The notes beneath the pieces were generated by a model. That model had not been told where the DNA came from. It ran no database searches and saw only the letters and a program-made list of their open reading frames with translations. A stretch of 64,000 nucleotides of DNA, from assembly GCA_050273025.1 (NCBI GenBank), contig CP158635.1, positions 8,866,001 through 8,930,000 of the forward strand. The letters are read 5' to 3'. A program made the position numbers and the translations under genes. This DNA is from Cenococcum geophilum. Taxonomy: Eukaryota. Of the stretch, positions 14,484-27,379 are shown piece after piece. Every line of letters starts with the position of its first letter. Positions within the stretch are counted from its first letter, which is position 1.

Positions 14484-15591
14484 AGCTATTAAACTATTTA
14501 GGGTTCTGCTATAATTTAGATAAGAGCTAATTAAGAAGCTAATACTACTTTCTTTTCTTTTAATGTTATCCCGGATATAATCTAAGCTAAATTGCAAAAA
14601 ATCCTTAAGGTTAGATAACCTAAGCCTTATTCTATAACTCTTTATATTCTGTAAGCCTTAGATATAATTGTTTAATAGGCTTAATAGGAGTTAATTAGAT
14701 TTATCCCTAAAGCTTATTACTTATTTAAGAAGATAAGCCGTCTTTAGAAGTATATATACTCTAAATAATAGTAATAAGCACGGTGTGTGTTCCCTATAAA
14801 TATTATAGGTAATTAATATACCCCTTTTTCCTCGCTCGCTTCTTCTACCTATATAACATTTCCTAGGTATAGGACTCTCTAAAACTTCTAAAGGTTTAGC
14901 TTAGTAGTCCGCTCCCTAATAGTCTATCTTTTTAACTTTTTATATTTTACTCTTTTACTATCTAGAACGCGAAATAGTAGGATACCTTACGCTTTAAATA
15001 GAGAGAGCTAGGGTTCTATATTAGGAATGCTTATATCGTTATATTAATTGTTAATACGTTAGATTATTCTATATATAATATTAGTATTAGCGCTACGTTA
15101 ATATGTGGAAACTTTATATCCCGCCTCCTCTTAGTAGTCCATATCTTTAATTCTATATATTTCTGCATTTTAAACTTCTTTAATATCGTATATAAACTTA
15201 GCCGTCTACTTTTAACTACTAACTACCGCGATAGAATGGAAATAGGTAAGTAAAAGGATACTCTACCCTACAGTTACTAGAGTTAATAGTTTACCTATAG
15301 AGGGGCAGCTACTAATTTAGAAAATTCACGCGTATAACTATGGCAATTATATAAAAAGTTACTCTTAAGTGGAGCACTTAAAGCGATACTAAAAATCCCA
15401 TAGGTCTCTACTCTATTTAACCGTAGTGTATATTCCTAACTCTTATAGGCGCTAAAGAGCCGACTTACTATTATAATAAATGCCCTAGAACTTTCTTTTA
15501 ATATAACCTCTTTAAGAGATATAAGGAGCGTTATAGGGTAAGGGCTATTGCTAGCTATAGTTAAGACTTGTAAATCTAAGTACTAAGCTTA

Positions 15592-15830
15592 AAGCGGAGA
15601 ATAAGACCGCCACTAAGTAAAAATCCGTGCCTTTAATGCTCCTTTAAGAAACTTAGGTATAATAGTGATGGTAATAAACCTTGCCTAAGATGCTTACTAG
15701 TAGGTTTATAATGTATTTATAAGTGGGGGCGTAACTAAGCAAATCTCCTAGAAGTATTAAAGGAGACTAGAAAACTAGTAAAAGAGATAAATAGAAGAAT
15801 AACGGGAAATAAAGAGGATAAATTAATGCT
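15592..15830 (+). pseudogene. Zn(II)2Cys6 binuclear-cluster transcription factor (DNA-binding domain plus coiled coil), RIPed
   Basis: KRRIRPPLSKNP-CL(Q)CSFKKLR(C)(D)SDGNKPCLRCLLVGL(Q)CIY gives Cx2Cx6Cx7Cx2Cx6C at 15628-15714, with the third Cys TGT->TAT. It is followed by LLEVLKETRKLVKEINRRI. Gene limits not resolved. Confidence 0.8.
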
Positions 15831-16420
15831 AGGAGTACGGTTCCACTCCCCGTCCTTAGATTTACCTACTATCCTATCTTCCTTAAACTTCTTAGCGGCC
15901 TTACTTAAACTACTATATTACCCGGAACCAAATTTTCTCTTTAAAAGCATCTCCTAGTACTAGATTTGCTTATATCTAAAGTTCTCTAAAAGGACTAAAA
16001 CATTACTATATAGGTGCGGCTACGTAAGGGATAAGCACTATAGCAATATAAAGCATGGTTAGGCTCCTTTAGGTTTTATACCTCTACTATAGATATACAA
16101 TAATACTGCATTATATACCTCTTCCGTTGCTTTTTAATATTGTTCTTTAGTGCCCTTAGCTAATTTTAGTACGTATAAGCCCTCTATAATATGCGTAAAA
16201 TGTTAAATAAATATCTAACATACTAAGAGAGTTCCCTCTACTAATAATAGAAGAAGGTAAATCATTTCCTAAAAGATATTTTGTTAATGCTAATAATAGT
16301 AAAGTTATATAATTCTAAGGTATCTTAAATATGCTAAAGCATTATATAATTACTCTTTATACTAAATCCTATTAATTTAGGAAATGTATTTTTATCTACT
16401 GAGCTTTATATAGTAGTGTG

Positions 16421-19400
16421 TGTCACGGAGTAAGCACAAGCGGTGATAATATATAGCGAAGTAGGTATTATTAAGCTATGTACATAAACTGCGTAATAAA
16501 GTTAAGACGTTGCGTAAGGAAAGAAGGTAGGAAAACGGGAAGAAAGGGCATATATTGTTGGCTTGGTTGCTTAGTTAACACGTATATAGGCAGAATAGGG
16601 TTTAGGTTATGGTCCTAGCAGAACTTGGCAAAATTTAGTGGAACTTGGCAGAATATGGCAGAATGCCGTAGATTGCCGTTAGATTGCCATTAGATTGCCA
16701 TTAGATTGCCATTTTATAGTTGGTCTCTAATTGCTAAGTCGGTAGAAACAGGTGGATGTGTGTAAGGTGTTATGGGGGTGTCCCGTAATAGTATCCCCCC
16801 TTTAAACTCGAGCTTCTGCGAGATAGGGCTATGGTAGTTCTAGGTGGAGTTTGTGAAAGTCTTTTGCGGCTTGTATAAGTCCTATAGAGTTAATAGGTTC
16901 CTATAAGGACTTAGTAAAGCCTCTCTATTTTATAAGATATATATATTAGCGTTTCCGTTTGTTATACTTAATATCGTTAATTCTTTTAATAAAGTACTCG
17001 TTCTTACTATCTACTTTAACTGGTGGGGGAGGGTCTTATATTTATCTAGGTAGGGCGTTTAATACGGGGGTAGTAGGGTAGAGGACTGACGTATGGAATA
17101 TGGGGTGGATTTTAACCGTATTAGGGAGCTTTAGTTAGTAGGTATAAGGAGAGATAACCTTTTTAACCTTATAAGGGCCAGCGTTCTTCTAATTAAGTTT
17201 CTTAGTAGGTCGTTTCGTGTTTAGATTTCTTGTGTCTAGCTAGACGAAATCGCCAATTTGGTAGGCTAGTGCTAGGGTTCGTTTCTTATTCGCTGCGGCT
17301 TTATAGACAGATTAAGCCTATATTATCTCATTAGTAAGGAACTGTTATAGTTCCTCTATCTTCTTTACGAATTTATTTACTTCTACGACTTATAAGGCGT
17401 AATAAGTAGGGTAAGGAATATTACTAAAGGGTTTAAAACCCATTTATAGGTGCTAGCCGTAATTAGCTAGGAACGGGGAGACTTTTATAGTTTCCGAGAC
17501 GGAATTATTTGCAGTAAACTCGGTAAATATAAGCTAGTTAATCTAGTTATCCTATAAATACGACGTGTATATCCAAATATACTGTTTCATTATAGCATTT
17601 ACGCGTTCCGTTTAGCTATCCGTTTTTGGGTAATATATAGTAGACAACAGTGCTTTAATGTAGAGTTAAGTAGTTAGTTTTTTCTAAAATGCCGAGATAA
17701 ACTGGCTGCCTCTATTAGAGATAATTATTTTAGGGAGTCTGTAGAGTTTCCATATGTAATCTAGAAATAGTTAGGTAACGGCAGGCGTTAATATATCAGG
17801 GTAGGCGATTAAGTGTCTTATTTTAGATAGTCGGTTTATAACTACTATAATATTTATGCAGCCTCTACTCTTAGGAAGGTTAACAACAAAGTTAATTAAG
17901 ATATCCTTTTATCTTCGGTCCGGAACGGGTAGCGGCTTTAAAAGACCGTTATACGTCTTATGCGAGGCTTTAGCTCGTTGGTAGGTGTGGTAGCTAAAGA
18001 CGTACCTTTATATCGTGTTATACATATTTAGCTAATAATACTCCCATTAGAGTAGTTCTAGGGTCTTTCCTTAGCCCGGGTAGCTAGCGATAGGTAGATT
18101 ATATACGTGTTTAAGGAGTTTAAGCTTAAGCTTATTGTAATTAGAAATAACTAGACGGTTTTAGTAATATAAGCGATTTCTACAGGCTTTGTATTTACTT
18201 AGAGAAATCTTTTTAGAGTATCTAATACTATCTTGTATTAGCTTAAGCGTCTCTTAAATAAACTTGTTATTTGGGTATTTGTTAACTATAATCTGTTTAA
18301 TTAATTAATTAGTTATTTTAAGGACGTGTACCGTAAGATTTTTAGTAGGAGGGTTGAATAGTTTAGGGTGAAGTAGGGTCTAATTTTGGTAAGAGCGCGC
18401 TTCTTCTAGGGCTGGCGCGTCTTATAAGCGTTAGGTTAGGGCATTAGGCTTCTAACCTTAGACGCCTAGGTAGTACGTAATTAAGAATCGGAAACGAGAC
18501 AGATATTCTAACTAGCGGGCCTAATAATAACTTAGCTGTTTTATAGTTGTAAAGTACTGTAGGTTCTTATAGTCGCTAAGGACTTTAATTAGAAATCTAG
18601 CGCCTTCTAGTTTGGGTCGCTATTGTTTAAAATACTTAATAATAGCTAACAATTCCTTATTATAGATCTCGTAGTTATATTTGGCTAGGCTTAGTCGTTT
18701 TAAGAAGTATACTATAGGGTGTAATACTCTATCCTTATTATACTGAAATAGGATGCCTCCGGTGACGTAGTTAGATAAGTTGGCTTTTATAACACTTATT
18801 CGGTTTGGGTTAAAGTGTTAGAGCACGGGCGTAGTAGTAAATATAACCTTTAGATAGGTAAAGGCCTTCTTATATTCCTTGTTAAAGATAAAGACTTTAT
18901 CCTTTTAGGTTAGAGCTATAAGGGGTAAAACTAGGGTGGAGAAGTTATTAATAAACCGTTATAGAAATTAGTAAATTCTATAAAGGCTCTTACGTCCTTA
19001 ACATTCTTGGGTTCTTACTAGTTTACAATTACTTTGACTTTCTTCGGGTTTATTTATATACTATTCGTAGAAATAAGGAGTCTAAGGTATAGGACTTCCG
19101 TTTTATAGAACTTGTATTTATCTATATCTAATTATAGACTAGCTCCATATAGGGCTTATAGGATAAGGTTAACGTGTTTCTGATATTCGGTTAGGTTATT
19201 ACTATATATTAGAATATCGTTAATATAAGCAGTATAGAAGATATCTAGGTAGGGGCGTAGGGTGTTGTTTATATAATATTAAAACGAGCTTAGGGCGTTT
19301 GTAAGGCTAAAGGGTATTACTAAGTACTTAAATAGTCTATATTAGGTATAAAATGCAGTAAGCTATTTGTCCCCTTTTATAATATGGAGACGGTTAAATG

Positions 19401-22332
19401 CAGAGATAATATTGAGCTTTATGTAGTAACGAGCCTTACTTAGTTAGTTTAGTGTCTTCTATATTAACGGGATCGGATATCGGTTCTTAATGGTAACGGC
19501 GTTAAGAGCTTAGTAGTCTATATAGAAGCGTAGACCGCCGCTGGGTTTCTTAATGAAGATTACTAGTGCGGCTATAGGCGATAAGCTTGCTCTAATAAAT
19601 CCTTTGCTTAGGTTCTTATCTAAATACTTTTATAGTATTTAGAGTTTGTTTTGGGATATCCCGTATAAGGGTCTAAATCTAGGCTACTTTCCTTCTTTAA
19701 GTACAATCTTATGGTCGTACGATCGGTGTTTTGGTAGCTTGTCGGCTTCCTTCTATAAGAATGCCTCTAGGCGGTTATAGTACTCTACAAGTACCTTTAT
19801 AGCAGGGTCGGTATGCTTCTTTAGTATTAAGGCCTTTTTAATATCAGCCATAGTGACAGCAAAGATCGTATATTTAGGTTTCTTAATAAGTTGCGCTAAC
19901 GGAGTAGCTCTAATTATGCGGATATCTAGGGTACCGAGCTTATTTAGCTCGTCCGTAGTTTCTTATTTAGGTTTAGGTTTAGTATTAGGTACGGAGTTAG
20001 TGTTAGATTTAGGTTCGGGTTCTTTAAGTATTCTTTTTATTGTAGAATACTAGTCCTTCTAGTAGTTTTGTGTGCTAAGCTTAAGTTTCTATTTAGTTTA
20101 GGGCGGTATAGTGCTTAGTAATAACTTATAGAGCTTAGTGAAATTTTCGGATCCTTAGTGGGTATCGGTGGAATTCTTATATTAGTGGAATTTGGTGGAA
20201 ATCTTACGTTGGTAAAATCTGGTGGATTCTTTAGATTTTGGTTTTAGGTCTAAGCAGTAAGTTATAAAGCACTTTTGCTTGCAACGGGAGGCGGTAAATA
20301 GAAGCTTAAGGTTATCCTAATTAATAGTTACCTTATATAGCTTTATCTAGGGTTATTTAAGGATTACTAAGTGACCTAGGGTGGTAACAAAAAGCTTAAT
20401 TAGTTCTTTGTGGTTTAGGTATTAGAGTTTTAGGGTTACCACGTGGGTAATACAGCCTAAGATAGTATATTTGCCATTAAATCTAAATATATTAATATGC
20501 CGGTTAAGGGGGGTTAGGGTAAAACCATTATCTTATATAAAGATCTTGTTAATAAATCCTATGCCGCTAGCTCCTATGTTAATTAGGATTTAAGCGTTAG
20601 CCTATTAACTATTCTGCTGAAGATAACAGTCGATAGTTATGCTACGGTCCTAAGAGTTAGAGTTTGTGACGTTAAATGCGTTTAACGAGATCCTATGGCA
20701 AAGCTGTCCCGGAGAGCGACTTAGCTCCAAGACCTTCCTTTTAGAGGTAATTAGGGTGGGGTTCTTATAGGACGTTAGCTGTAGCTTCGTCCTTATAAAT
20801 GGTGCTTATTAGACGTAGGGGTGGAACCAGATAAAGATCGGGGACGGTAACTGGAAGATCGATATGGTGAACGGCTGCTAGTACTAGCCGTTTATAAATT
20901 GTTTTAGGGTATAGGGACGGAGTAGTAGTTTAAGAGGTGGGAGCCACTTCTATATTTAAAGCAGAGGCCTAGCTTAATACGTTGTTCTTATTTAGAGGAC
21001 CCTAATAGGGCGTATCCTAGGGTCCTAGTGTTAATATCCATGGCGTTAGGGTGTTTAGGTTAAGATAATGACTTAGTAAACGTTCGCGGGGTTATTATAT
21101 TATACCAATAAACGGGCTTTAGTGTGAGGCGTAGTATATCATTATACCGTTTGTTAATAATATTTATATAGGCGTTAAGAGTTTCTAGGAGGTCTACGCC
21201 TATTAGGGAGGTTTTTAGTTTAGGGCTTAAGGACTTAATGAGGCTGTTAATTAGTATGGAGTTATTCTAGCCTGTTTCCTTTGTGTAGTGGTTAAATTCG
21301 GAGAAGTATACTAGGAATCTTTTCTTTTCTTAAGTTATTTGGTTTATCTTTCTTTAAGCGGTAGCTTGGCGGTTTGGGTTACCGTATATAGCTTTAAGAA
21401 GTGTGACTAGGCTTTATACTAAGTTTAGTTAAAGAGGTTTAATAAGGTTAGCTATATCTCCTCCTAGTTAACTTAGGGCGTAATAGAGTTGGTTAGCTTT
21501 AGTTAGGTAGCGGTTAGCATTACTAGTTAGCTTATTCTTAAGCCGGCTTAAAAATAACTAAAGCTCTTATTGTTTACTGGTAAATACTAGGGGGTCTAGT
21601 AGTTTCTCGGATTGTTTTAGTATAGTAGTCGGTTCTATGGGATGAGTAACTACTACTAATTCGGGGCTTACGTTCCGCGTATTTATCTCCAAAGATAGCG
21701 TTTAGTCTTAGGGCCTTAATATAGGCATCTTAAGGATGCGGACTTCTTCTTAAAGTGCTTTAATTAATTGTTATTATTATGCTTTTTATTCGGCTTGCTA
21801 TTGAGTTAAAGTGGCTTAGTGCTATATAAGGGCGTCCGTAAAGGACTTTTGTATACCTACTAATTATTCTTAAAGTGCAGCTATAATAGCGTCGGCCGTT
21901 ATAGGGGCTTTAGGGTCGTTCTGCATTTTTAGAGGGTAGTGTGGGTTTTTAACGCAACGTAGTGTTATAGAGTAAGTATAAGCGGTAATAATATATAGCG
22001 AAGTAGGTATTATTAAGCTATATATATAAACTGCGTAATAAAGTTAAGACGTTGCGTAAGGAAAGAAGGTAGGAAAATGGGAAGAAAGGGTATATATTGT
22101 TGGCTTGGTTGCTTAGTTAATACATATATAGGCAGAATAGGGTTTAGGTTGTGGTCCTGGCAGAACTTGGCAGAATTTAGTGGAACTTGGCAGAATATAG
22201 CAGAATGCCGTAGATTGCCGTTAGATTGCCATTAGATTGCCGTTAAATTGCTATTTCGCGGTTGGTCTTTAATTACTAAGTTGGTGGAAATAGGTGGACG
22301 TGTGCAAGGTGTTACGGGGGTGTCCCGTAACA
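16421..22332 (-). mobile_element. Full-length Ty3/Gypsy chromovirus (RIPed)
   Basis: 370-bp LTRs at 16421-16790 and 21963-22332. 5-bp TSD GTGTG. PPT is the reverse complement of GTATCCCCCCTTT at 16791. RT AYI(D)DILIYS at 19201-19230. Chromodomain YLIK(W)RGF..(W)EP at ~16895-16940. Gag knuckle LCFKCRSGSH ~20940. Confidence 0.97.
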
Positions 22333-22931
22333 GTGTGTTTGTAAGGTTGGTTTTATTAATCTACTTACTTAGTTAGCGAGTTATTAGTAGGGAATATACT
22401 ATCTTTAAGACTTATAAAGTAATTAACTAAGAATTAAGTCAGTGCCCCTTATCTAAAAAGTATACTTTAACCAGCTAATAATAAGAAGGTTAGCTAGGAA
22501 ACCACTCTTAAAGGCGCAGGAATAGTGTAATTAATAGGCCGGTACGCAGGAATATAATACTATTTAACTTTACTTAATATAGCTTAGAGGAGTATAGAGC
22601 CTTAACCTAAGCTATAGAAATACGTCCTTTAACTAAGCCTTTATTATATAACCTAACTGCTTCTAAGCGCTGCGGCTGTATACCCCGCCACTTACCCTTC
22701 CTAGAACTTTAGAAGTTATACTAGTCCTTAGTTAAGCGACTAATGTTTAAAGCTCTAACTAACTAGCTAAATCCGTCGCAGATTAGATAAAGCTAATAAT
22801 AACTTCTTAATGTATATATAGAGGCTTTAGAGCTATGTTTAATAAAGTAGAGTTCTTATTCTTAATTGTTCTGTTTAATACTAAATTACTCCCTTAAATA
22901 TTGCTTAAGGCGTAGTTAAAACTAGAGAAAT

Positions 22932-23933
22932 ATGCTATCTAAGAGTGTTTTATTTAGCTTAGTGCAGCTTATAGATAGCAAGAAATATAGTAACTTAAAA
23001 CTTATATGCTAGGGGCTAGAGTTTAAAGTCTATAAAGCGATTATATACACCTAATCTCCTATACTTATAGCTGCCTATAATAGAGGCTTTTAGGTAAAAG
23101 CTAACTAAATATCTAGTGGAATTAACCCTAACTAACCAACTAATAGGTAGGAGGTGGCGACTAATATTATAAATATTAACGAGTTTAATTCCGGTACCGT
23201 TAAGCGGATAATCTAATTTATATATAAGAGGGACTATAAGAATAGTAAGGAGGAGTAAGGATTTAATATTGATAATGCTGATGCCTTATCGCTATCTAAA
23301 CTAGATAATAGCGATGGCGATAATAAAGACATAATAATACGGCCGATGACGGCCTATATCACACTTCGTCACGTCTATATTAATGCAATTACTAATTACT
23401 ATAATATACTATAGTTAAAAGAGCTTATAAATATAAAAATCTAATATATTCTAGGAACTAGCTAGTCCGCAAATGGGTTTCCTAATATTATTAAGGATGT
23501 CTTTAGCCTAATAGGCGACTTAGTATTATATAATATAATCACCTTAATAGCGGCTAAGTATATTAAAGAGCTTATTAAACTTAAGGACTTTATAGAGCTA
23601 GACATTATAAGCGATTTCGCTATCAGCATTATATAGATAGCGATTACCGTATCTAAGGACATAGAGGAAATTTTTATACTAAAACTTTAAGCTATCTAAT
23701 CTCAGCTATAACAAATAGAATTACTGCTTTAATCCGCTAAGGCGAGGTATATTGTGGCTGAGCGTAAAAGCGAAAACATTAATAACTGTCTTAATACCTT
23801 TTACATAACTAGAACCTATTATAATATTAGTTATAGAGCCGAGTTTATATATTATATTAAGGATAGTAGTTATCTATCTAACCCTAATTACCCTTATATA
23901 CTTTATTGTAAAAGGTATAAGCGTTATATATAA
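22932..23933 (+). pseudogene. BTB/POZ-domain protein (RIPed)
   Basis: ATG at 22932. RIP-reverted KYSDLKLICQGLEFKVHKAIICTQSPVLTAACDGGFQ, then an intron (~23094-23149), then EVATNIINI.EFDSGTVKRMIQFMY, HVYINAIADYYDIPQLKELA and a Cys-rich C-terminus. Typical fungal BTB protein. Confidence 0.88.
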
Positions 23934-24099
23934 GTAAAGATACATAGCTTAGGAGATTGGCTTAGGTAGGAAGTTATTATATAATACTTCTCTTCCTTTC
24001 TCCGTTTGGGTTGATCTAAGAAATTCGAATATATATCTCGTCTATAGTCGGTCCGTTGGATATTATACAACTGTATTATCTATCTCCTATTAGCCTCCC

Positions 24100-24215
24100 C
24101 TTACTTTACCTCTTACCCTACCCTTTATCTTATCCTTTACCTCACCCTTACCTTTACCCTTACCCTTACCCTTACCTTTACCCTTACCCTCACTCTTACT
24201 TATTACCCCTCGCCC
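24100..24215. repeat. Degenerate (CCCTTA)n hexamer microsatellite
   Basis: taccct/tacctt units repeated about 15 times in the spacer between the convergent BTB and captain 3' ends. Confidence 0.75.
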
Positions 24216-24454
24216 CCCTAAACAAATTATAAAATCCTAGTCATTGTATCTATTCTACTAAATACTAAAATAGGATTGGATAATAATAGACTAAAATAAA
24301 ATAAAAAGTAGTAAAGAATAATAAGATAAGCGCGTAATGACTAGGAAAAGGTCCCATATATAAGGAACGTATAGTTCTAAATTTACTAGTTATATGCCTT
24401 TCTATAGGTACTAGAGGGTTAGTATAGGATTCTCGCATAGGTAAGGCGACTTAC

Positions 24455-24586
24455 CTAGCGGTGCCTCTTAATTAGATGCTATACGCCATGTATAAGGGCT
24501 ACGTAATTTTTAAAATACTTAAGTCCTTTAATCTACTCTAAGCAATAAGAATGCTTATAGTGGAACCCCTACCTAAACACTCCTTC
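24455..24586 (-). pseudogene. Starship captain, C-terminal fragment (segment 3 of 3)
   Basis: Reads EGVFRQGFHCKHSHCSEWIKGLKHFKNHVALVHGVQH after RIP reversion. It joins segment 2 in frame when 24587-32573 and one TC are removed. Confidence 0.85.
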
Positions 24587-24854
24587 CATCAGGAAATTTT
24601 TTTTTGGGCGCGTTGTTGCAAACGAAAATCGGGGTCTACAAAACCTGCGTAAGTCGCAATTTTAGCAATTTGCGGCGATTTGTAGCAATTTGCTACAAAC
24701 ACATAGGCTACCTATACACGCGCCTGCCCTATCTATGTGTTTATAACAAATTACTGCAAATTGCCGCAAATGCTAAAATTGCGACTTACGCCTGCAGGTT
24801 TTGCAGACCCCGATTTTCGCTTACAACAACGTGCCTAAAAAAAAATTCTTAATG
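24587..24854. repeat. 268-bp fold-back palindrome (MITE-like unit with its own two TIRs)
   Basis: ~120-bp arms, e.g. gcaaacgaaaatcggggtctacaaaacctgcgtaagtcgcaattttagc versus gctaaaattgcgacttacg..caggttttgcagaccccgattttcgcttac, around a ~25-bp spacer. Confidence 0.93.
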
Positions 24855-25199
24855 CAGAGGCTCTGCACGAGGCTCTACACAAAGCTCTGCACGAAGGGGG
24901 TCGCAGCTCGGCAAGGTCACGGAAAAGCTCGGCAAGGTCACAAAGTTCAACGGGGTCAGAACTTTAAGTTTGACTTTATGACCCTGCTCAGCTTCCAACC
25001 CCGCCGAGTTTGTGCATATGCAGCGCATATATAAATAAAAAATTTAATATATAGAATTTAAAGTATTTAAAGTATTTAATAAATAACGAATATAATAAAA
25101 CACTTAATATGCATATGCAGAGCATATGCATACCCTAGCTACAGTACAAAATACGCGAGCTAAGTTATTAAAACATGGCCCGTGCATACGCGTCGCATA

Positions 25200-27250
25200 T
25201 CCACAACAACAGCGGTCGCATTATAACTTCTCCACGACACCACCACAGCATACACCACGGGTATGTCCTGCATAACCTATACATAAGCGTTACATATGCT
25301 GACATAGTGCTAGTTAAATTTAACCACTAAACTTTATTCTCGCATACGCCTTACCATAAGCCTCTTAATTATTAATTTTAATAATCCGCAGGTAGCCAGC
25401 GCCAACAACCCTAGCACCTTTAGCTACCACTATAGTAAGCATATGCTTTGTATATACCCACAAGAAGTATATACTAATAGAAGTATATAGGCCTAATCCC
25501 CAACCCTAACCCTAACTGGGTAATACTAGGTTAGTTATAGAGAACGCATATATAAGGTATATACTTATAATAGACAAAGCACGCGCCGCAGCTTTAGTAG
25601 CTAGTGGAAGGTATAAGTAAACCAAGCGCTGTATATCTATAGCATATGCTAACCTTATATAGCCCCAGCTGTGACGGTATAGGACAACGCAAGTAGGTGC
25701 CAGAAGAGCTTGACGTAAAGAGTATGCATATACTAAGCGTAAACTAGATCCACCTAATCCCGCGTCCGTGTTATCTACTGTTAACTCTATAGTGTAGGTT
25801 ATATATCTATACCTTCTATATAGCATATGCTGACAATAAACATAGCTATAATATTGCGGTAAATGGTACGCAGATATGCGGCTGGGTCTTTACCGCCTAG
25901 CCAAGCGTATATTCCGTATATGTATAGCATCTACTTTATCCACTAATATAGTTGTAGTACCGCCGCTATATCTGCAATAAGCACAGTAGTGCCTGTACGT
26001 ATTACCATATAATAGCAGCTAAGGCATACGCTTACTATATGTAGTAACTAACTCTCCTACTACTAATACGTCGGCCGCGGAGCTAATTGCGGGAGAGAAG
26101 TATATGCCTAGTATATGCCACGTATATATAACGCTAATGCAACATAGCGCCCTAAAGTATTTCGTTCTCTCTGGCGGCTAGCGGGATACTAGGTACCTAT
26201 ATAAGCTTAGGTAAATTATACACATGCAATATATATGCAGTACTAACACTAAATATAGCCGTAGCCCTTTAGGGTTGAGGATTACGGAGTATATAGACGC
26301 CTACACTTTAATTATGTATGCTTACTCTATACCTAGCATATACCTAGCCTAAACTAACTAGATACAGTGCCTAAGACTAGGGGTTTGCCGCCCAATATGG
26401 CAGGCAATTCTATCGCGAGGTAAGAGCACTAGTATAGCTTCTGCATATACGCACTATACCCCAATATATCTATCTATCTATATATCTATATACTTATTCC
26501 CCCTAAGTTTAATTTCAGACCTAATAGTACTTATAGGCCTAAGGGTAGCATATATGAGGGATAACTACGGCCACCATTAGGACTACTACCCAATTCGGAA
26601 ACAAATACTTATCTCTATATTTAGGACACTGGCAAAGTCCAACTTTACATAGGCCCTACGCATACGTCACTAATACTACTACTTAGTTATATTGCTAGCT
26701 TATACGCGTATACACTACGTATATGCAAACCCCTAATGTCTTCTACTAACTATAGATCAATACATGCTTATGCTAGGCGTATACTAATATAAGAGAAATA
26801 GCGTGTTGGCCCGTCTACCCCTTCTACCGGCTTAAAGCGCAAGGTTAGTATTTCACCTGTATATATTCAGCATATACTAACTATATACGCAGCGTGGCCT
26901 AACCCCCCCGGGCAACCGCGAGGAGTCTCCCTCGCCGTCCACCCGCCGCCAAAAGGGCAAGTTTTTCTTGCATATACCCTGTATATGCACTACTAATATT
27001 TAGCAGCAGGGGGCAGAAAACTAGCCAGCCGTCGTTATAGTGGTAGTAAGAGCTCCGGTAAGTCTAGTTCCTTCTATTACGTATATTATACTTATACTTT
27101 ATATAAGCTACGGGCGGAACCCGCCAGTTATCCCGCCTCTCCCGTATAATGCGGGAAGCTAGTCTTAAACTTTAAGTCCTAGCATATGCTAGGCCTACAT
27201 ACTGCATACGCAGTGTGCAGTATATATAGTTGGAGTTTTAGTGAAGTTTG
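25200..27250 (+). pseudogene. MULE accessory gene built of micro-exons (unknown product), RIPed
   Basis: A run of GT...CT(A/G)AC/CTAAT...AG introns of ~45-60 bp (e.g. 25261-25307, 25435-25490, 25617-25662) separated by very short exons. No family recognised and limits are approximate. Confidence 0.55.
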
Positions 27251-27379
27251 TTTGGTGGATAGGCTAGGTATATACCTAATATAGGGCACGGGCCAATAGG
27301 CCTATATTAATTAATTCTTTATTTATGGTTATAGAACTCTATATAACATTTGCTATATATATACCTTATATATACACCT

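Noticed and set aside
19853..23662. ORFs 19853-20053 and 23462-23662 as small genes
   Set aside because: Antisense shadows of Gypsy pol and of the BTB pseudogene.
24100..24215. Interstitial telomere
   Set aside because: The unit is CCCTTA/CCCTCA/CCCTCG rather than CCCTAA; it is degenerate and compatible with a RIPed microsatellite.
24604..25034. ORFs 24604-24852 and 24801-25034
   Set aside because: They run through the palindrome, the minisatellite and the MULE TIR, crossing element boundaries.
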